Shown here: positions 38,901 to 52,500 of the stretch, one piece after another
Layout: every line of letters starts with the position of its first letter
Numbering within the stretch: position 1 is the stretch's first letter
NCBI GenBank assembly: GCA_964016885.1
Contig: OZ024766.1
Location: 4,712,001-4,776,000, forward strand
Reading direction: 5' to 3'
DNA length: 64,000 bases
Source: Eledone cirrhosa
Lineage: Eukaryota
Program-made: the position numbers and the translations under genes
The notes under the pieces: model-generated
Databases searched by the model: none
Seen by the model: only the letters and a program-made list of their open reading frames with translations
What the model was told of the DNA's origin: nothing

Positions 38901-41900
38901 GATACTACAGACATGTGGTTAGAATGTCTCAGGAAAGAATCTCTGAATTGCGAGACCACAGCTCTGATACTATGACATGTGGTTAGAATGTCTCAGGAAA
39001 GAATCTCTGAATTGAGAGACCACAGCTCTGATACTACAGACATGTGGTTAGAATATCTCAGGACAGAATCTCTGAATTGAGAGACCACAGCTCTGATACT
39101 ACAGACATGTGGTTAGAATGTCTCAGGAAAGAATCTCTGAATTGAGAGATCACAGCTCTGATACTACAGACATGTGGTTAGAATGTCTCAGGAAAGAATC
39201 TCTGAATTGCGAGACCACAGCTCTGATACTACAGACATGTGGTTAGAATGTCTCAGGACAGAATCTCTGAATTGAGAGACCACAGCTCTGATACTACAGA
39301 CATGTGGTTAGAATGTCTCAGGAAAGAATCTCTGAATTGCGAGACCACAGCTCTGATACTACAGACATGTGGTTAGAATGTCTCAGGACAGAATCTCTGA
39401 ATTGAGAGATCACAGCTCTGATACTACAGACATGTGGTTAGAATGTCTCAGGAAAGAATCTCTGAATTGAGAGATCACAGCTCTGATACTACAGACATGT
39501 GGTTAGAATGTCTCAGGAAAGAATCTCTGAATTGAGAGATCACAGCTCTGATACTACAGACATGTGGTTAGAATGTCTCAGGAAAGAATCTCTGAATTGA
39601 GAGATCACAGCTCTGATACTACAGACATGTGGTTAGAATGTCTCAGGAAAGAATCTCTGAATTGAGAGATCACAGCTCTGATACTACAGACATGTGGTTA
39701 GAATGTCTCAGGAAAGAATCTCTGAATTGAGAGATCACAGCTCTGATACTATGGACATGTGGTTAGAATGTCTCAGGAAAGAATCTCTGAATTGAGAGAT
39801 CACAGCTCTGATACTACAGACATGTGGTTAGAATGTCTCAGGAAAGAATCTCTGAGTTGAGAGATCACAGCTCTGATACTACAGACATGTGGTTAGAATG
39901 TCTCAGGAAAGAATCTCTGAATTGCGAGACCACAGCTCTGATACTACAGACATGTGGTTAGAATGTCTCAGGAAAGAATCTCTGAATTGAGAGATCACAG
40001 CTCTGATACTACAGACATGTAGTTAGAATGTCTCAGGAAAGAATCTCTGAATTGAGAGACCACAGCTCTGATACTACAGACATGTGGTTAGAATGTCTCA
40101 GGAAAGAATCTCTGAATTGCGAGACCACAGCTCTGATACTACAGACATGTGGTTAGAATGTCTGAGGAAAGAATCTCTGAATTGCGAGACCACAGCTCTG
40201 ATACTACAGACATGTGGTTAGAATGTCTCAGGAAAGAATCTCTGAATTGAGAGATCACAGCTCTGATACTACAGACATGTGGTTAGAATGTCTCAGGAAA
40301 GAATCACTGAATAGAGAGATCACAGCTCTGATACTATGGACATGTGGTTAGAATGTCTCAGGAAAGAATCTCTGAATTGAGAGATCACAGCTCTGATACT
40401 ATGGATATGTGGTTAGAATGTCTCAGGAAAGAATCTCTGAATTGAGAGACCACAGCTCTGATACTACAGACATGTGGTTAGAATGTCTCAGGAAAGAATC
40501 TCTGAATTGCGAGACCACAGCTCTGATACTACAGACATGTGGTTAGAATGTCTGAGGAAAGAATCTCTGAATTGCGAGACCACAGCTCTGATACTACAGA
40601 CATGTGGTTAGAATGTCTGAGGAAAGAATCTCTGAATTGCGAGACCACAGCTCTGATACTACAGACATGTGGTTAGAATGTCTCAGGAAAGAATCTCTGA
40701 ATTGCGAGACCACAGCTCTGATACTACAGACATGTGGTTAGAATGTCTCAGGAAAGAATCTCTGAATTGAGAGATCACAGCTCTGATACTACAGACATGT
40801 GGTTAGAATATCTCAGGAAAGAATCATTGAATAGAGAGATCACAGCTCTGATACTATGGACATGTGGTTAGAATGTCTCAGGAAAGAATCTCTGAATTGA
40901 GAGATCACAGCTCTGATACTATGGACATGTGGTTAGAATGTCTCAGGAAAGAATCACTGAATAGAGAGATCACAGCTCTGATACTATGGACATGTGGTTA
41001 GAATGTCTCAGGAAAGAATCTCTGAATTGAGAGATCACAGCTCTGATACTACAGACATGTGGTTAGAATGTCTCAGGAAAGAATCTCTGAATTGAGAGAC
41101 CACAGCTCTGATACTACAGACATGTGGTTAGAATGTCTCGGGAAAGAATCTCTGAATTGAGAGATCACAGCTCTGATACTACAGACATGTGGTTAGAATG
41201 TCTCAGGAAAGAATCTCTGAATTGAGAGATCACAGCTCTGATACTACAGACATGTGGTTAGAATGTCTCAGGAAAGAATCTCTGAATTGAGAGATCACAG
41301 CTCTGATACTACAGACATGTGGTTAGAATGTCTCAGGAAAGAATCTCTGAATTGAGAGATCACAGCTCTGATACTACAGACATGTGGTTAGAATGTCTCA
41401 GGAAAGAATCTCTGAATTGAGAGATCACAGCTCTGATACTACAGACATGTGGTTAGAATGTCTCAGGAAAGAATCTCTGAATTGAGAGACCACAGCTCTG
41501 ATACTACAGACATGTGGTTAGAATGTCTCGGGAAAGAATCTCTGAATTGAGAGATCACAGCTCTGATACTACAGACATGTGGTTAGAATGTCTCAGGAAA
41601 GAATCACTGAATAGAGAGATCACAGCTCTGATACTATGGACATGTGGTTAGAATGTCTCAGGAAAGAATCTCTGAATTGAGAGACCACAGCTCTGATACT
41701 ACAGACATGTGGTTAGAATGTCTGAGGAAAGAATCTCTGAATTGAGGGATCACAGCTCTGATACTACAGACATGTGGTTAGAATGTCTCAGGAAAGAATC
41801 ACTGAATAGAGAGATCACAGCTCTGATACTATGGACATGTGGTTAGAATGTCTCAGGAAAGAATCTCTGAATTGAGAGACCACAGCTCTGATACTACAGA

Positions 41901-42064
41901 CATGTGGTTAGAATGTCTGAGGAAAGAATCTCTGAATTGAGGGATCACAGCTCTGATACTACAGACATGTGGTTAGAATGTCTCAGGAAAGAATCTCTGA
42001 ATTGAGAGACCACAGCTCTGATACTACAGACATGTGGTTAGAATGTCTCAGGAAAGAATCTCTG
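32966..42064 (+). repeat. 9.1-kb satellite, 65-bp unit (~140 copies), derived from an RTE-like LINE
   Basis: Unit CACAGCTCTGATACTACAGACATGTGGTTAGAATGTCTCAGGAAAGAATCTCTGAATTGAGAGAT; variant units read IERSQLRYYGHVVRMSQERI. Confidence 0.92.
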
Positions 42065-42290
42065 GACAGATTTTATAGGCAAAACCAACCGGCAGGAGAC
42101 CCAGGGGTAGACCCCAAGCAAAGATGTTTGGATAACATCCACGAGCTTGGCTGGTCTCACTGGGGGAATCCACTCGGATCAGTTGGAAACAGTTGTTTCT
42201 GACAGGACCTGCTGAAGGGATTGTTTGAGGACTCTGACCCCCCAACGAACCTCTCAGGAATAAGTAGGAGAAGAAGAAAAAGAAGAAGGT
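42065..42290 (+). mobile_element. Degraded RTE-like LINE C-terminus continuing from the satellite
   Basis: KPTGRRPRGRP...DNI-like translation followed by a (GAA)n tail. Confidence 0.65.
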
Positions 42291-42490
42291 TTGCTCTACA
42301 GTGTGTTTATGGGTATTTAACACCCTAAGCTATCTCTACAATGTATGCCTAGGTTTTAAACACACTAGGCTAGCTGTACAAAATATACATGGGTATTTAG
42401 CACCTTAGACTAGCTTTACAATGTGTACCTGGGTATTTAGCACACAATGTCAATGATGATGATGATGATGTTTCTAGGTATAATACATAC

Positions 42491-42632
42491 GTTTTACAAT
42501 GATGGAGGACCTTGCGACATACTGGCTGAATTCTTTATGTAGATAATAGAAATATCTCATAGCATAGTCATATTGTTGTTGGATGTAATCAAATGCCTCA
42601 TTCCTCATCTTTCTTGCCTCACCTATATAGAT
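42491..42632 (-). CDS. LLTP exon 8 (absent from ORF track)
   Basis: TTACAG acceptor, IYIGEARKMRNEAFDYIQQQYDYAMRYFYYLHKEFSQYVARSSIIVK, GTATGT donor; bridges phase 0 to 1 as required. Confidence 0.85.
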
Positions 42633-42677
42633 CTGTAATACAGGAGAGTTCAGGTGTTTAACCCGTTAGCTAATGAA

Positions 42678-45220
42678 GGGGTTAATGACATAGACAGTGT
42701 CTTTCATTAGAAATATGGTAATGGAAGGGTTAATGACATAGACAGTGTCTTTCATTAGAAATATGGTAATGGAAGGGTTAATGACATAGACTGTCTTTCA
42801 TTAGAAATATAGTAATGGAAGGGTTAATGACATAGGCAGTGTCTTTCATTAGAAATATGGTAATGGAAGGGTTAATGACATAGACAGCGTCTTTCATTAG
42901 AAATATGGTAATGGAAGGGTTAATGACATATACAGTGTCCTTCATTAGAAATATGGTAATGAAAGGGTTAATGACATAGACACTATCTTTCATTAGAAAT
43001 ATGGTAATGGAAGGGTTAATGACATATACAGTGTCTTTCATTAGAAATATGGTAATGAAAGGGTTAATGACATAGGCAGTGTCTTTCATTAGAAATATTG
43101 TAATGGAAGGGTTAATGACATATACAGTGTCCTTCATTAGAAATATGGTAATGAAAGGGTTAATGACATAGACACTATCTTTCATTAGAAATATAGTAAT
43201 GGAAGGGTTAATGACATAGGCAGTGTCTTTCATTAGAAATATTGTAATGGAAGGGTTAATGACATAGACTGTCTTTCATTAGAAATATGGTAATGAAAGG
43301 GTTAATGACATAGACGGTGTCTTTCATTAGAAATATGGTAATGGAAGGGTTAATGACATAGACAGTGTTTTTCATTAGAAATATGGTAATGGAAGGGTTA
43401 ACGACATAGACAGTGTCTTTCATTAGAAATATGGTAATGAAAGGGTTAATGACATAGACAGTGCCTTTCATTAGAAATATGGTAATGGAAGGGTTAATGA
43501 CATAGACTTCTTTCATTAGAAATATGGTAATGGAAGGGTTAATGACATAGACAGTGTCTTTCATTAGAAATATGGTAATGGAAGGGTTAATGACATAGAC
43601 AGTGTCTTTCATTAGAAATATGGTAATGGAAGGGTTAATGACATAGACAGTGTCTTTCATTAGAAATATGGTAATGAAAGGGTTAATGACATAGACAGTG
43701 TCTTTCATTAGAAATATGGTAATGGAAGGGTTAATGACATAGACAGTGTCTTTCATTAGAAATATGGTAATGGAAGGGTTAATGACATAGACAGTGTCTT
43801 TCATTAGAAATATGGTAATGGAAGGGTTAATGACATATACAGTGTCTTTCATTAGAAATATGGTAATGGAAGGGTTAATGACATAGACAGTGTCTTTCAT
43901 TAGAAATATGGTAATGAAAGGGTTAATGACATAGACAGTGTCTTTCATTAGAAATATGGTAATGAAAGGGTTAATAACATATACAGTGTCTTTCATTAGA
44001 AATATGGTAATGGAAGGGTTAATGACATAGACAGTGTCTTTCATTAGAAATATGGTAATGAAAGGGTTAATGACATAGACAGTGTCTTTCATTAGAAATA
44101 TGGTAATGGAAGGGTTAATGACATAGACAGTGTCTTTCATTAGAAATATGGTAATGAAAGGGTTAATGACATAGACAGTGTCTTTCATTAGAAATATGAT
44201 AATGAAAGGGTTAATGACATAGACAGTGTCTTTCATTAGAAATATGGTAATGGAAGGGTTAATGACATAGACAGTGTCTTTCATTAGAAATATGGTGGTA
44301 ATGGAAGGGTTAATGACATAGACAGTGTCTTTCATTAGAAATATGGTAATGAAAGGGTTAATGACATAGACAGTGTCTTTCATTAGAAATATGGTAATGG
44401 AAGGGTTAATGACATAGACAGTGTCTTTCATTAGAAATATGGTAATGGAAGGGTTAATGACATAGACAGTGTCTTTCATTAGAAATATGGTAATGGAAGG
44501 GTTAATGACATAGACTGTCTTTCATTAAAAATATGGTAATGAAAGGGTTAATGACATAGACAGTGTCTTTCATTAGAAATATGGTAATGGAAGGGTTAAT
44601 GACATAGACAGTGTCTTTCATTAGAAATATGGTAATGAAAGGGTTAATGACATAGACAGTGTCTTTCATTAGAAATATGGTAATGGAAGGGTTAATGACA
44701 TAGACAGTGTCTTTCATTAGAAATATGGTAATGAAAGGGTTAATGACATAGACAGTGTCTTTCATTAGAAATATGGTAATGGAAGGGTTAATGACATAGA
44801 CAGTGTCTTTCATTAGAAATATGGTAATGGAAGGGTTAATGACATAGACAGTGTCTTTCATTAGAAATATGGTAATGGAAGGGTTAATGACATAGACTGT
44901 CTTTCATTAGAAATATGGTAATGGAAGGGTTAATGACATAGACAGTGTCTTTCATTAGAAATATGGTAATGGAAGGGTTAATGACATAGACAGTGTCTTT
45001 CATTAGAAATATGGTAATGAAAGGGTTAATGACATAGACAGTGTCTTTCATTAGAAATATGGTAATGGAAGGGTTAATGACATAGACAGTGTCTTTCATT
45101 AGAAATATGGTAATGGAAGGGTTAATGACAAAGACAGTGTCTTTAATTAGAAATATGGTAATGAAAGGGTTAATGACATAGACAGTGTCTTTCATTAGAA
45201 ATATGGTAATGAAAGGGGTT
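42678..45220. repeat. 48-bp minisatellite (~53 copies) filling an LLTP intron
   Basis: Unit GGGTTAATGACATAGACAGTGTCTTTCATTAGAAATATGGTAATGGAA; 16-aa periodicity. Confidence 0.92.
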
Positions 45221-45237
45221 TAGAAGTAATTCCTTAC

Positions 45238-45645
45238 TCGGTATTGTCGCTCATATTGATAGTAACAATGGTTGCTAAGTTCATTCATTTTATCAGAAAT
45301 CTTTATGTTAAACATTTGAACTCTTCTCCTGAACATTTCAATTCTCTGTTGGTATTTCTCCCACATCATGTCCCAATGTTCAACAGCAGACATGTGCATG
45401 CTCTTCACGTAAAAGAAATCTCTGTCGTAGATTTGACCAAATTTCTTGGCATGTTTGGTGAAGTCTTGTGTTATGTGTTGATAATTGGCAGTGAGGTGGT
45501 CATTTAAGATATCCATGTGTTCACTGAAGGCTTTTTGCATAAGTTTACCTTTTGTTGAGTATTCCATGGAGAGGAATTTGGCGAATCTATCTCCGAGAAC
45601 CTGGATATTTTTTCCGTATTTCTCCAAGATAGTTGTACTGTAGTC
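45238..45645 (-). CDS. LLTP exon 7 (amphipathic helical region)
   Basis: TCTTCCAG acceptor, DYSTTILEKYG...YERQYR, GTAAGG donor; phases 0/0. Confidence 0.88.
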
Positions 45646-45680
45646 CTGGAAGAGAAATAGGAGGGAATTTCACTGGATTG

Positions 45681-45725
<45 letters not shown>

Positions 45726-45921
45726 GATAAATCTACCAAGAGTTTACGGTAGTGTCCAATCCGTATGAAGAACTCAATGTAATCCGGATATCATGGAAAG
45801 AAGAGATGCAATGAAAAATCACTTTCGGTGAAAGATAAACGGAATACAGAGTCAAGATAAAATATTAAAAAAATAATGAATAAAACAATGAAACAGTTCC
45901 TTATATTAAACAAAAAAAGTT

Positions 45922-46083
45922 CATTATTTAACGATCGTTTCTAGGATATATATATGTGTTAGAATTGGCATGCATATTCAACAGATCTATGTACAAAATT
46001 ATACAAAATTATACAAAATTATACAAACTATCAAAATTAAATATACATACCAACACATATATATGCCGTCTTCAGAAATAATG
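45922..46083 (-). ncRNA. Hammerhead motif with very long stem II (H6)
   Basis: CATTATTT-CTGAAGA-~125 nt hairpin-GAAA-C/GATC/G-TT^AAATAATG. Confidence 0.68.
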
Positions 46084-46108
46084 TATATATATATATACAT
46101 TATATATA

Positions 46109-46166
<58 letters not shown>

Positions 46167-46382
46167 AGGAGGTTATAGTTCACTTGAAGCATTGTGTAAT
46201 GGCTTGGCTAGAGATTTAAGACGCTGGTTTGAGACCTTTATTTCCCTCCGAAGAAGAGATATTATCTCGAAAATTAAGGACATTTAAATAAATTCAAGGT
46301 GAAAGACGAATTCTTTTACTATTGCATTCTTTTTTCTATGTCCATACCTGCATTGTTTTGGCCTTATTACACATATTCAAAC

Positions 46383-46432
<50 letters not shown>

Positions 46433-46519
46433 ATAATAATAAATATGAAGACTAAAGTCCAAAGAGGGCTTGATAAGGATACATATATATCAAATATATA
46501 AGAACTGTAGAGCAAATAT

Positions 46520-46570
46520 AGTTTCAGAAGATCCCGTTAAGGGTGAAAGCAGCGATTCTTTGCTTAAACT
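46520..46570 (+). ncRNA. Degenerate hammerhead motif (H7, core U4->A)
   Basis: AGTTT-CAGAAGA-TCCC/GTTAA/GGGT-GAAA-GCA..TGC-TT^AAACT; all three stems pair but the core is mutated. Confidence 0.5.
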
Positions 46571-46586
46571 TGAATCTGTTATTTTA

Positions 46587-46631
<45 letters not shown>

Positions 46632-46758
46632 AAAGTTTTATTTAAAATTGTTGGGTTACAACGAGAAAATTTTTTATAACTGATATAAAGCACTCAACAA
46701 GTTTTGGAGTAGATATACGATATTAAACAAATGGAAACTATATTTATAAAACCATATT

Positions 46759-46824
46759 TATTTCATTATACATATTTCGGGGATACCATATTAAAAATAT
46801 GGCATGCCTTCTTCAGATAAAATA
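46759..46824 (-). ncRNA. Hammerhead motif H8, left arm of palindrome
   Basis: Exact reverse complement of 46975-47040. Confidence 0.65.
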
Positions 46825-46974
46825 CAATATATAAGCAGTTTTATAAATAAATTTGACGTACCATAGAATTTTGAACAACTTCCATTTAAAAAAGTTGGTT
46901 TGAGCATTTTTAAATGGAAGTTGTTCAAAATTCTATGGTACGTCAAATTTATTTATAAAACTGCTTATATATTG

Positions 46975-47040
46975 TATTTTATCTGAAGAAGGCATGCCAT
47001 ATTTTTAATATGGTATCCCCGAAATATGTATAATGAAATA
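46975..47040 (+). ncRNA. Hammerhead motif H8, right arm of palindrome
   Basis: TATTTTAT-CTGAAGA-..ATGCCATATT/TTT/AATATGGTAT..-GAAA-T/ATGT/A-TA^ATGAAATA. Confidence 0.65.
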
Positions 47041-47224
47041 AATATGGTTTTATAAATATAGTTTCCATTTGTTTAATATCGTATATATATATATATATTT
47101 TCCTCATCCGAGTGCTCAAGTTACAGACCGATTATGCATATACGCTAGCTTGACCGTATTCTAAAGCTTCGTCAATGCTGTACTAAAATTTATATATATA
47201 TATCATCATCATCATCATCATCAT

Positions 47225-47555
47225 CATTTCATTTTACGTCCACTTCTCCCTGCTTGCAAGGGTGGGACGGGAACTGATTCTGGCTTGATTTCTACAGCTG
47301 GATGCCCTTCCTAACACCAACCTCATTTACAGTGAGTGCCGGGTGCTTTTTTTGCCGTGGCACCTCCACGACCACTTTGCAGTGGAATGATAGGGACCCC
47401 AGTCCCTATAATCTCATTCCTACAGCTGAGTAAACTGGAGCAATGTGAAATAAAGTGTCTTGCTCAAGGAAACAACACATCACCCGGTCTGAGAATTGAA
47501 CTCACAACCTTTCGATTGCAAGCCCAATGCTCTAACCACTAAGCCATGTGCCTCC
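47225..47555 (-). mobile_element. SINE A
   Basis: Full-length match to family A. Confidence 0.85.
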
Positions 47556-47633
47556 ATATATATGTGAAGTAATTCCGTCGGAAAGGTCCAGGAAAAAAGA
47601 GGGCTCTATGTAGTAATAAATAAACCAGGATTT

Positions 47634-47694
47634 TTTCATTCTGATGACTGAAAGCAAATTTTGTTTGCTTTCAAGAAACCACTGGTAAATGAAA
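47634..47694 (+). ncRNA. Type I hammerhead ribozyme motif (H3)
   Basis: TTTCATT-CTGATGA-C-TGAAAGCAAA/TTTTG/TTTGCTTTCA-A-GAAA-CC/ACT/GG-TA^AATGAAA. Confidence 0.77.
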
Positions 47695-47762
47695 TAATTA
47701 TCTTATCTTGTTTATTACATAAATAAATATATATATATATAAAGAGAGGGGGACTTGTAGAG

Positions 47763-49069
47763 GTGAGTGGCCTAGTGGTAAGGGGGTTGCACCTAAGACC
47801 ATAATATAGTGGGTTCAATTCCCTGACTCTGTTGTGTGTTGTGTTCTTGAGCAAAACACTTCATTTCATGTTGTTGCATTATACTCAACTGAAAATGAGT
47901 ACCAGCAGCTATAGCTGGGGAGTTTAACCCTGTGGTGGACTGGTGTCCTGTCCAGAGGGAAGTCTTGTACTCTCAGTCACTTAACACCAATGAAACTAAG
48001 GCAGACTTTAACCCTGTGATGGACTGGTGTCCTGTCCAGGGGGAAGTCTTGTACTCTCAGTCACTTAACACCAATGAAACTAAGACAGACTTTAAACCTG
48101 TGATGGACTGGTGTCCTGTCCAGGGGGAAGTCTTGTACTTTCAGTCACTTAACACCAATGAAACTAAGACAGACTTTAACCCTGTGATGGACTGGTGTCC
48201 TGTCCAGGGGGAAGTCTTGTACTCTCAGTCACTTAACACCAATGAAACTAAGACAGACTTTAACCCTGTGATGGACTGGTGTCCTGTCCAGGGGGAAGTC
48301 TTGTACTCTCAGTCACTTAACACCTATGAAATTAAGACAGACTTTAACCCTGTGATGGACTGGTGTCCTGTCCAGGGGGAGTCTTGTAGTCTCAGTCACT
48401 TAACACGAATGAAACTAAGACAGACTTTAACCCTGTGATGGACTGGTGTCCTGTCCAGGAGGGAGGCTTGTACTCTCAGTCACTTTACACCAATGAAACT
48501 AAGACAGACTTTAACCCTGTGGTGGACTGGTGTCCTGTCCAGAGGGAAGTCTTGTACTCTCAGTCACTTTACACCAATGAAACTAAGACAGACTTTAACC
48601 CTGTGGTGGACTGGTGTCCTGTCCAGAGGGAAGTCTTGTACTCTCAGTCACTTAACACCAATGAAACTAAGACAGACTTTAACCCTGTGATGGACTGGTG
48701 TCCTGTCCAGAGGGAAGTCTTGTACTCTCAGTCACTTCACACCAATGAAAATAAGACAGACTTTAACCCTGTGATGGACTGGTGTCCTGTCCAGGGGGAA
48801 GTCTTGTACTCTCAGTCACTTAACACCAATGAAAATAAGACAGGCTTTAACCCTGTGATGGACTGGTGTCCTGTCCAGGGGGAAGTCTTGTACTCTCAGT
48901 CACTTAACACCAATGAAAATAAGACAGACTTTAACCCTGTGATGGACTGGTGTCCTGTCCAGGGGGAAGTCTTGTACTGTCAGTCACTTAACACCAATGA
49001 AAATAAGACAGACTTTAACCCTGTGATGGACTGGTGTCCTGTCCAGGGGGAGGTCTTGTACTCTCAGTC
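47763..49069 (+). mobile_element. tRNA-derived SINE (family C) whose 3' part is amplified as an 84-bp array (~13.5 copies, 47924-49069)
   Basis: A box TGGCCTAGTGG, B box GGTTCAATTCC; unit AACCCTGTGATGGACTGGTGTCCTGTCCAGGGGG...; 28-aa periodicity. Confidence 0.8.
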
Positions 49070-49142
49070 TACCAACTCAGTTGCCAGACGTCAGAGCTTC
49101 ATTGTATATGAGGGTGTATGAAGTTATTAAACAAAAACTTAC

Positions 49143-49324
49143 GGTAAACTCTTTGAAAATCTCGAGGTCCCACATAATTTGAGATAGCACCACACTTGAG
49201 GGCCTCAATTCTATCATAATCCTCCCATCTTTGTTAACACCTTGGTCTGTAAATCTAAGGGCTTTTATTACCAACTTCTTCTTCAGGATGTCTCCTTTCA
49301 AACGAAACATTTTGTTAGGGTTCG
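49143..49324 (-). CDS. LLTP exon 6
   Basis: Polypyrimidine tract plus TAG, NPNKMFRLKG...FKEFT, GTAAGT donor; phases 1/0. Confidence 0.87.
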
Positions 49325-49539
49325 CTAAAAAAGAGAGAAAAATTTTATTTTTATGTCTTTTTACTGGTTTCAGTCATTGGACTGTGGCCATGCTGGGGCA
49401 CTGCATTCTTTTATGTCTTTTACTGGTTTCAGTAATTAGATTGTGGCCATGCTGGGGCATTGCAGTCTTTTATGTCTTTTACTGGTTTCAGTCATTAGAC
49501 TGTGGCCATGCTGGGGCACCACCCAGATTTAGGGTTAAC

Positions 49540-52500
49540 ATGTTTATATTTATCTAAAAACCTTCCATCATAATTTTATGTAAGAACCTTTGTTAAGTTA
49601 TGTTCCAAACACCATCATAACGTGTTTAAATATATCTAAAAAAAAATCTTCCATTATCATTTTATGTAAAAACCTTTGTTAAGTTATGTTCCAAACACCA
49701 TCATAACGTGTTTAAATATATCTAAAAAAAAATCTTCCATTATCATTTTATGTAAAAACCTTTGTTAAGTTATGTTCCAAACACCATCATAACGTGTTTA
49801 AATATATCTAAAAAAAAATCTTCCATTATCATTTTATGTAAAAACCTTTGTTAAGTTATGTTCCAAACACCATCATAACGTGTTTAAATATATCTAAAAA
49901 AAAATCTTCCATTATCATTTTATGTAAAAACCTTTGTTAAGTTATGTTCCAAACACCATCATAACGTGTTTATATATATCTAAAAAAAATCTTCCATTAT
50001 CATTTTATGTAAAAACCTTTGTTAAGTTATGTTCCAAACACCATCATAACGTGTTTAAATATATCTAAAAAAAAATCTTCCATTATCATTTTATGTAAAA
50101 ACCTTTGTTAAGTTATGTTCCAAACACCATCATAACGTGTTTATATATATCTAAAAAAAATCTTCCATTATCATTTTATGTAAAAACCTTTGTTAAGTTA
50201 TGTTCCAAACACCATCATAACGTGTTTAAATATATCTAAAAAAAAATCTTCCATTATCATTTTATGTAAAAACCTTTGTTAAGTTATGTTCCAAACACCA
50301 TCATAACGTGTTTATATATATCTAAAAAAAATCTTCCATTATTTTATGTAAAAACCTTTGTTAAGTTATGTTCCAAACACCATCATAACGTGTTTAAATA
50401 TATCTAAAAAAAAATCTTCCATTATCATTTTATGTAAAAACCTTTGTTAAGTTATGTTCCAAACACCATCATAACGTGTTTATATATATCTAAAAAAAAT
50501 CTTCCATTATCATTTTATGTAAAAACCTTTGTTAAGTTATGTTCCAAACACCATCATAACGTGTTTAAATATATCTAAAAAAAAATCTTCCATTATCATT
50601 TTATGTAAAAACCTTTGTTAAGTTATGTTCCAAACACCATCATAACGTGTTTATATATATCTAAAAAAAAATCTTCCATTATCATTTTATGTAAAAACCT
50701 TTGTTAAGTTATGTTCCAAACACCATCATAACGTGTTTATATATATCTAAAAAAAATCTTCCATTATTTTATGTAAAAACCTTTGTTAAGTTATGTTCCA
50801 AACACCATCATAACGTGTTTAAATATATCTAAAAAAAAATCTTCCATTATCATTTTATGTAAAAACCTTTGTTAAGTTATGTTCCAAACACCATCATAAC
50901 GTGTTTAAATATATCTAAAAAAAAATCTTCCATTATTTTATGTAAAAACCTTTGTTAAGTTATGTTCCAAACACCATCATAACGTGTTTATATATATCTA
51001 AAAAAAATCTTCCATTATCATTTTATGTAAAAACCTTTGTTAAGTTATGTTCCAAACACCATCATAACGTGTTTATATATATCTAAAAAAAATCTTCCAT
51101 TATTTTATGTAAAAACCTTTGTTAAGTTATGTTCCAAACACCATCATAACGTGTTTAAATATATCTAAAAAAAAATCTTCCATTATTTTATGTAAAAACC
51201 TTTGTTAAGTTATGTTCCAAACACCATCATAACGTGTTTAAATATATCTAAAAAAAAATCTTCCATTATCATTTTATGTAAAAACCTTTGTTAAGTTATG
51301 TTCCAAACACCATCATAACGTGTTTATATATATCTAAAAAAAATCTTCCATTATTTTATGTAAAAACCTTTATTAAGTTATGTTCCAAACACCATCATAA
51401 CGTGTTTATATATATCTAAAAAAAATCTTCCATTATTTTATGTAAAAACCTTTATTAAGTTATGTTCCAAACACCATCATAACGTGTTTATATATATCTA
51501 AAAAAAATCTTCCATTATTTTATGTAAAAACCTTTATTAAGTTATGTTCCAAACACCATCATAACGTGTTTATATATATCTAAAAAAAATCTTCCATTAT
51601 TTTATGTAAAAACCTTTGTTAAGTTATGTTCCAAACACCATCATAACGTGTTTATATATATCTAAAAAAAATCTTCCATTATTTTATGTAAAAACCTTTG
51701 TTAAGTTATGTTCCAAACACCATCATAACGTGTTTAAATATATATCTAAAAAAAAAATCTTCCATTATCATTTTATGTAAAAACCTTTGTTAAGTTATGT
51801 TCCAAACACCATCATAACGTGTTTATATATATCTAAAAAAAATCTTCCATTATTTTATGTAAAAACCTTTGTTAAGTTATGTTCCAAACACCATCATAAC
51901 GTGTTTATATATATCTAAAAAAAATCTTCCATTATTTTATGTAAAAACCTTTGTTAAGTTATGTTCCAAACACCATCATAACGTGTTTAAATATATATCT
52001 AAAAAAAAAATCTTCCATTATCATTTTATGTAAAAACCTTTGTTAAGTTATGTTCCAAACACCATCATAACGTGTTTATATATATCTAAAAAAAATCTTC
52101 CATTATTTTATGTAAAAACCTTTGTTAAGTTATGTTCCAAACACCATCATAACGTGTTTATATATATCTAAAAAAAATCTTCCATTATTTTATGTAAAAA
52201 CCTTTGTTAAGTTATGTTCCAAACACCATCATAACGTGTTTAAATATATATCTAAAAAAAAAATCTTCCATTATCATTTTATGTAAAAACCTTTGTTAAG
52301 TTATGTTCCAAACACCATCATAACGTGTTTATATATATCTAAAAAAAATCTTCCATTATTTTATGTAAAAACCTTTGTTAAGTTATGTTCCAAACACCAT
52401 CATAACGTGTTTATATATATCTAAAAAAAATCTTCCATTATTTTATGTAAAAACCTTTGTTAAGTTATGTTCCAAACACCATCATAACGTGTTTATATAT

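Larger units (their letters stand above)
46713..47086. repeat. Perfect ~180-bp-arm palindrome, 14-bp spacer
   Basis: 46713-46892 is the reverse complement of 46907-47086. Confidence 0.92.

Noticed and set aside
32966-42064. CRISPR-like regular array
   Set aside because: Head-to-tail units with no unique spacers, no cas genes, eukaryotic intron
42778-45195. Sense-strand 16-aa repeat ORFs as extra LLTP exons
   Set aside because: Frameshifted units, and the flanking exons already join in phase
46240-46290. CCGAAGA-hairpin-GAAA
   Set aside because: Core mutated and stems I and III not recoverable; at most a decayed remnant
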